64,000 nucleotides of DNA from Macrostomum lignano (Eukaryota). The DNA is taken from NCBI GenBank assembly GCA_002269645.1, contig NIVC01000678.1, positions 12,725 through 76,724 on the forward strand, in the 5' to 3' direction. The translations under genes were made by a program, and so were the position numbers. Position 1 is the first letter of the stretch; every line of letters starts with the position of its first letter. Of this stretch, positions 63,973 through 64,000 are shown in pieces. The notes under the pieces were generated by a model that was not told the origin of the DNA, ran no database searches, and worked only from the letters and a program-made list of their open reading frames with translations.

Positions 63973-64000
63973 GGGTAAACAGCGGGAGCAACTATGACTT
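63973..64000 (+). other. 28-nt 28S rRNA-like fragment at the window edge
   Basis: GGGTAAACAGCGGGAGCAACTATGACTT vs the conserved LSU GGGTAAACGGCGGGAGTAACTATGACTC (25/28, recalled consensus). Confidence 0.55.

Overview
Eukaryotic (animal) genomic DNA. It has GT-AG introns, GC-rich exons, and nearly every long intron is filled with its own minisatellite. The style resembles a free-living flatworm such as Macrostomum; this is inference, not shown by the sequence. Two compact co-directional housekeeping clusters dominate. On the + strand: a Leu/Ala-rich helical protein resembling GEMIN4, then SLC25A26, then ATE1. On the - strand: POLRMT, CTU1, RPL15. A splice acceptor sits just before most starts, which suggests spliced-leader trans-splicing. 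Other genes: an Apple/PAN + C-type lectin, a small secreted Cys-rich protein, a basigin-like Ig protein with a frameshift, an intronless DUF4062-NACHT protein ending in a PHF5/Rds3-like 12-ligand zinc module, an IAP-like BIR-UBA-RING protein, and two orphan spliced genes. Mobile DNA: a 5'-truncated Gypsy-type LTR element whose ORF fuses a viral-glycoprotein-like segment to an integrase tail, RTE-like LINE ends, Tc1 and Harbinger relics, a CORE-type SINE, nested GG-terminal MITEs with 8-bp TSDs, and a 28S rRNA-like fragment at the right edge. Top leads: the NACHT-PHF5 fusion, the env-like/integrase fusion, a POLRMT lacking its specificity loop, and CTU1/ATE1 possibly initiating on a spliced-leader AUG. 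Exon boundaries and homologies were read by eye; no searches were run.
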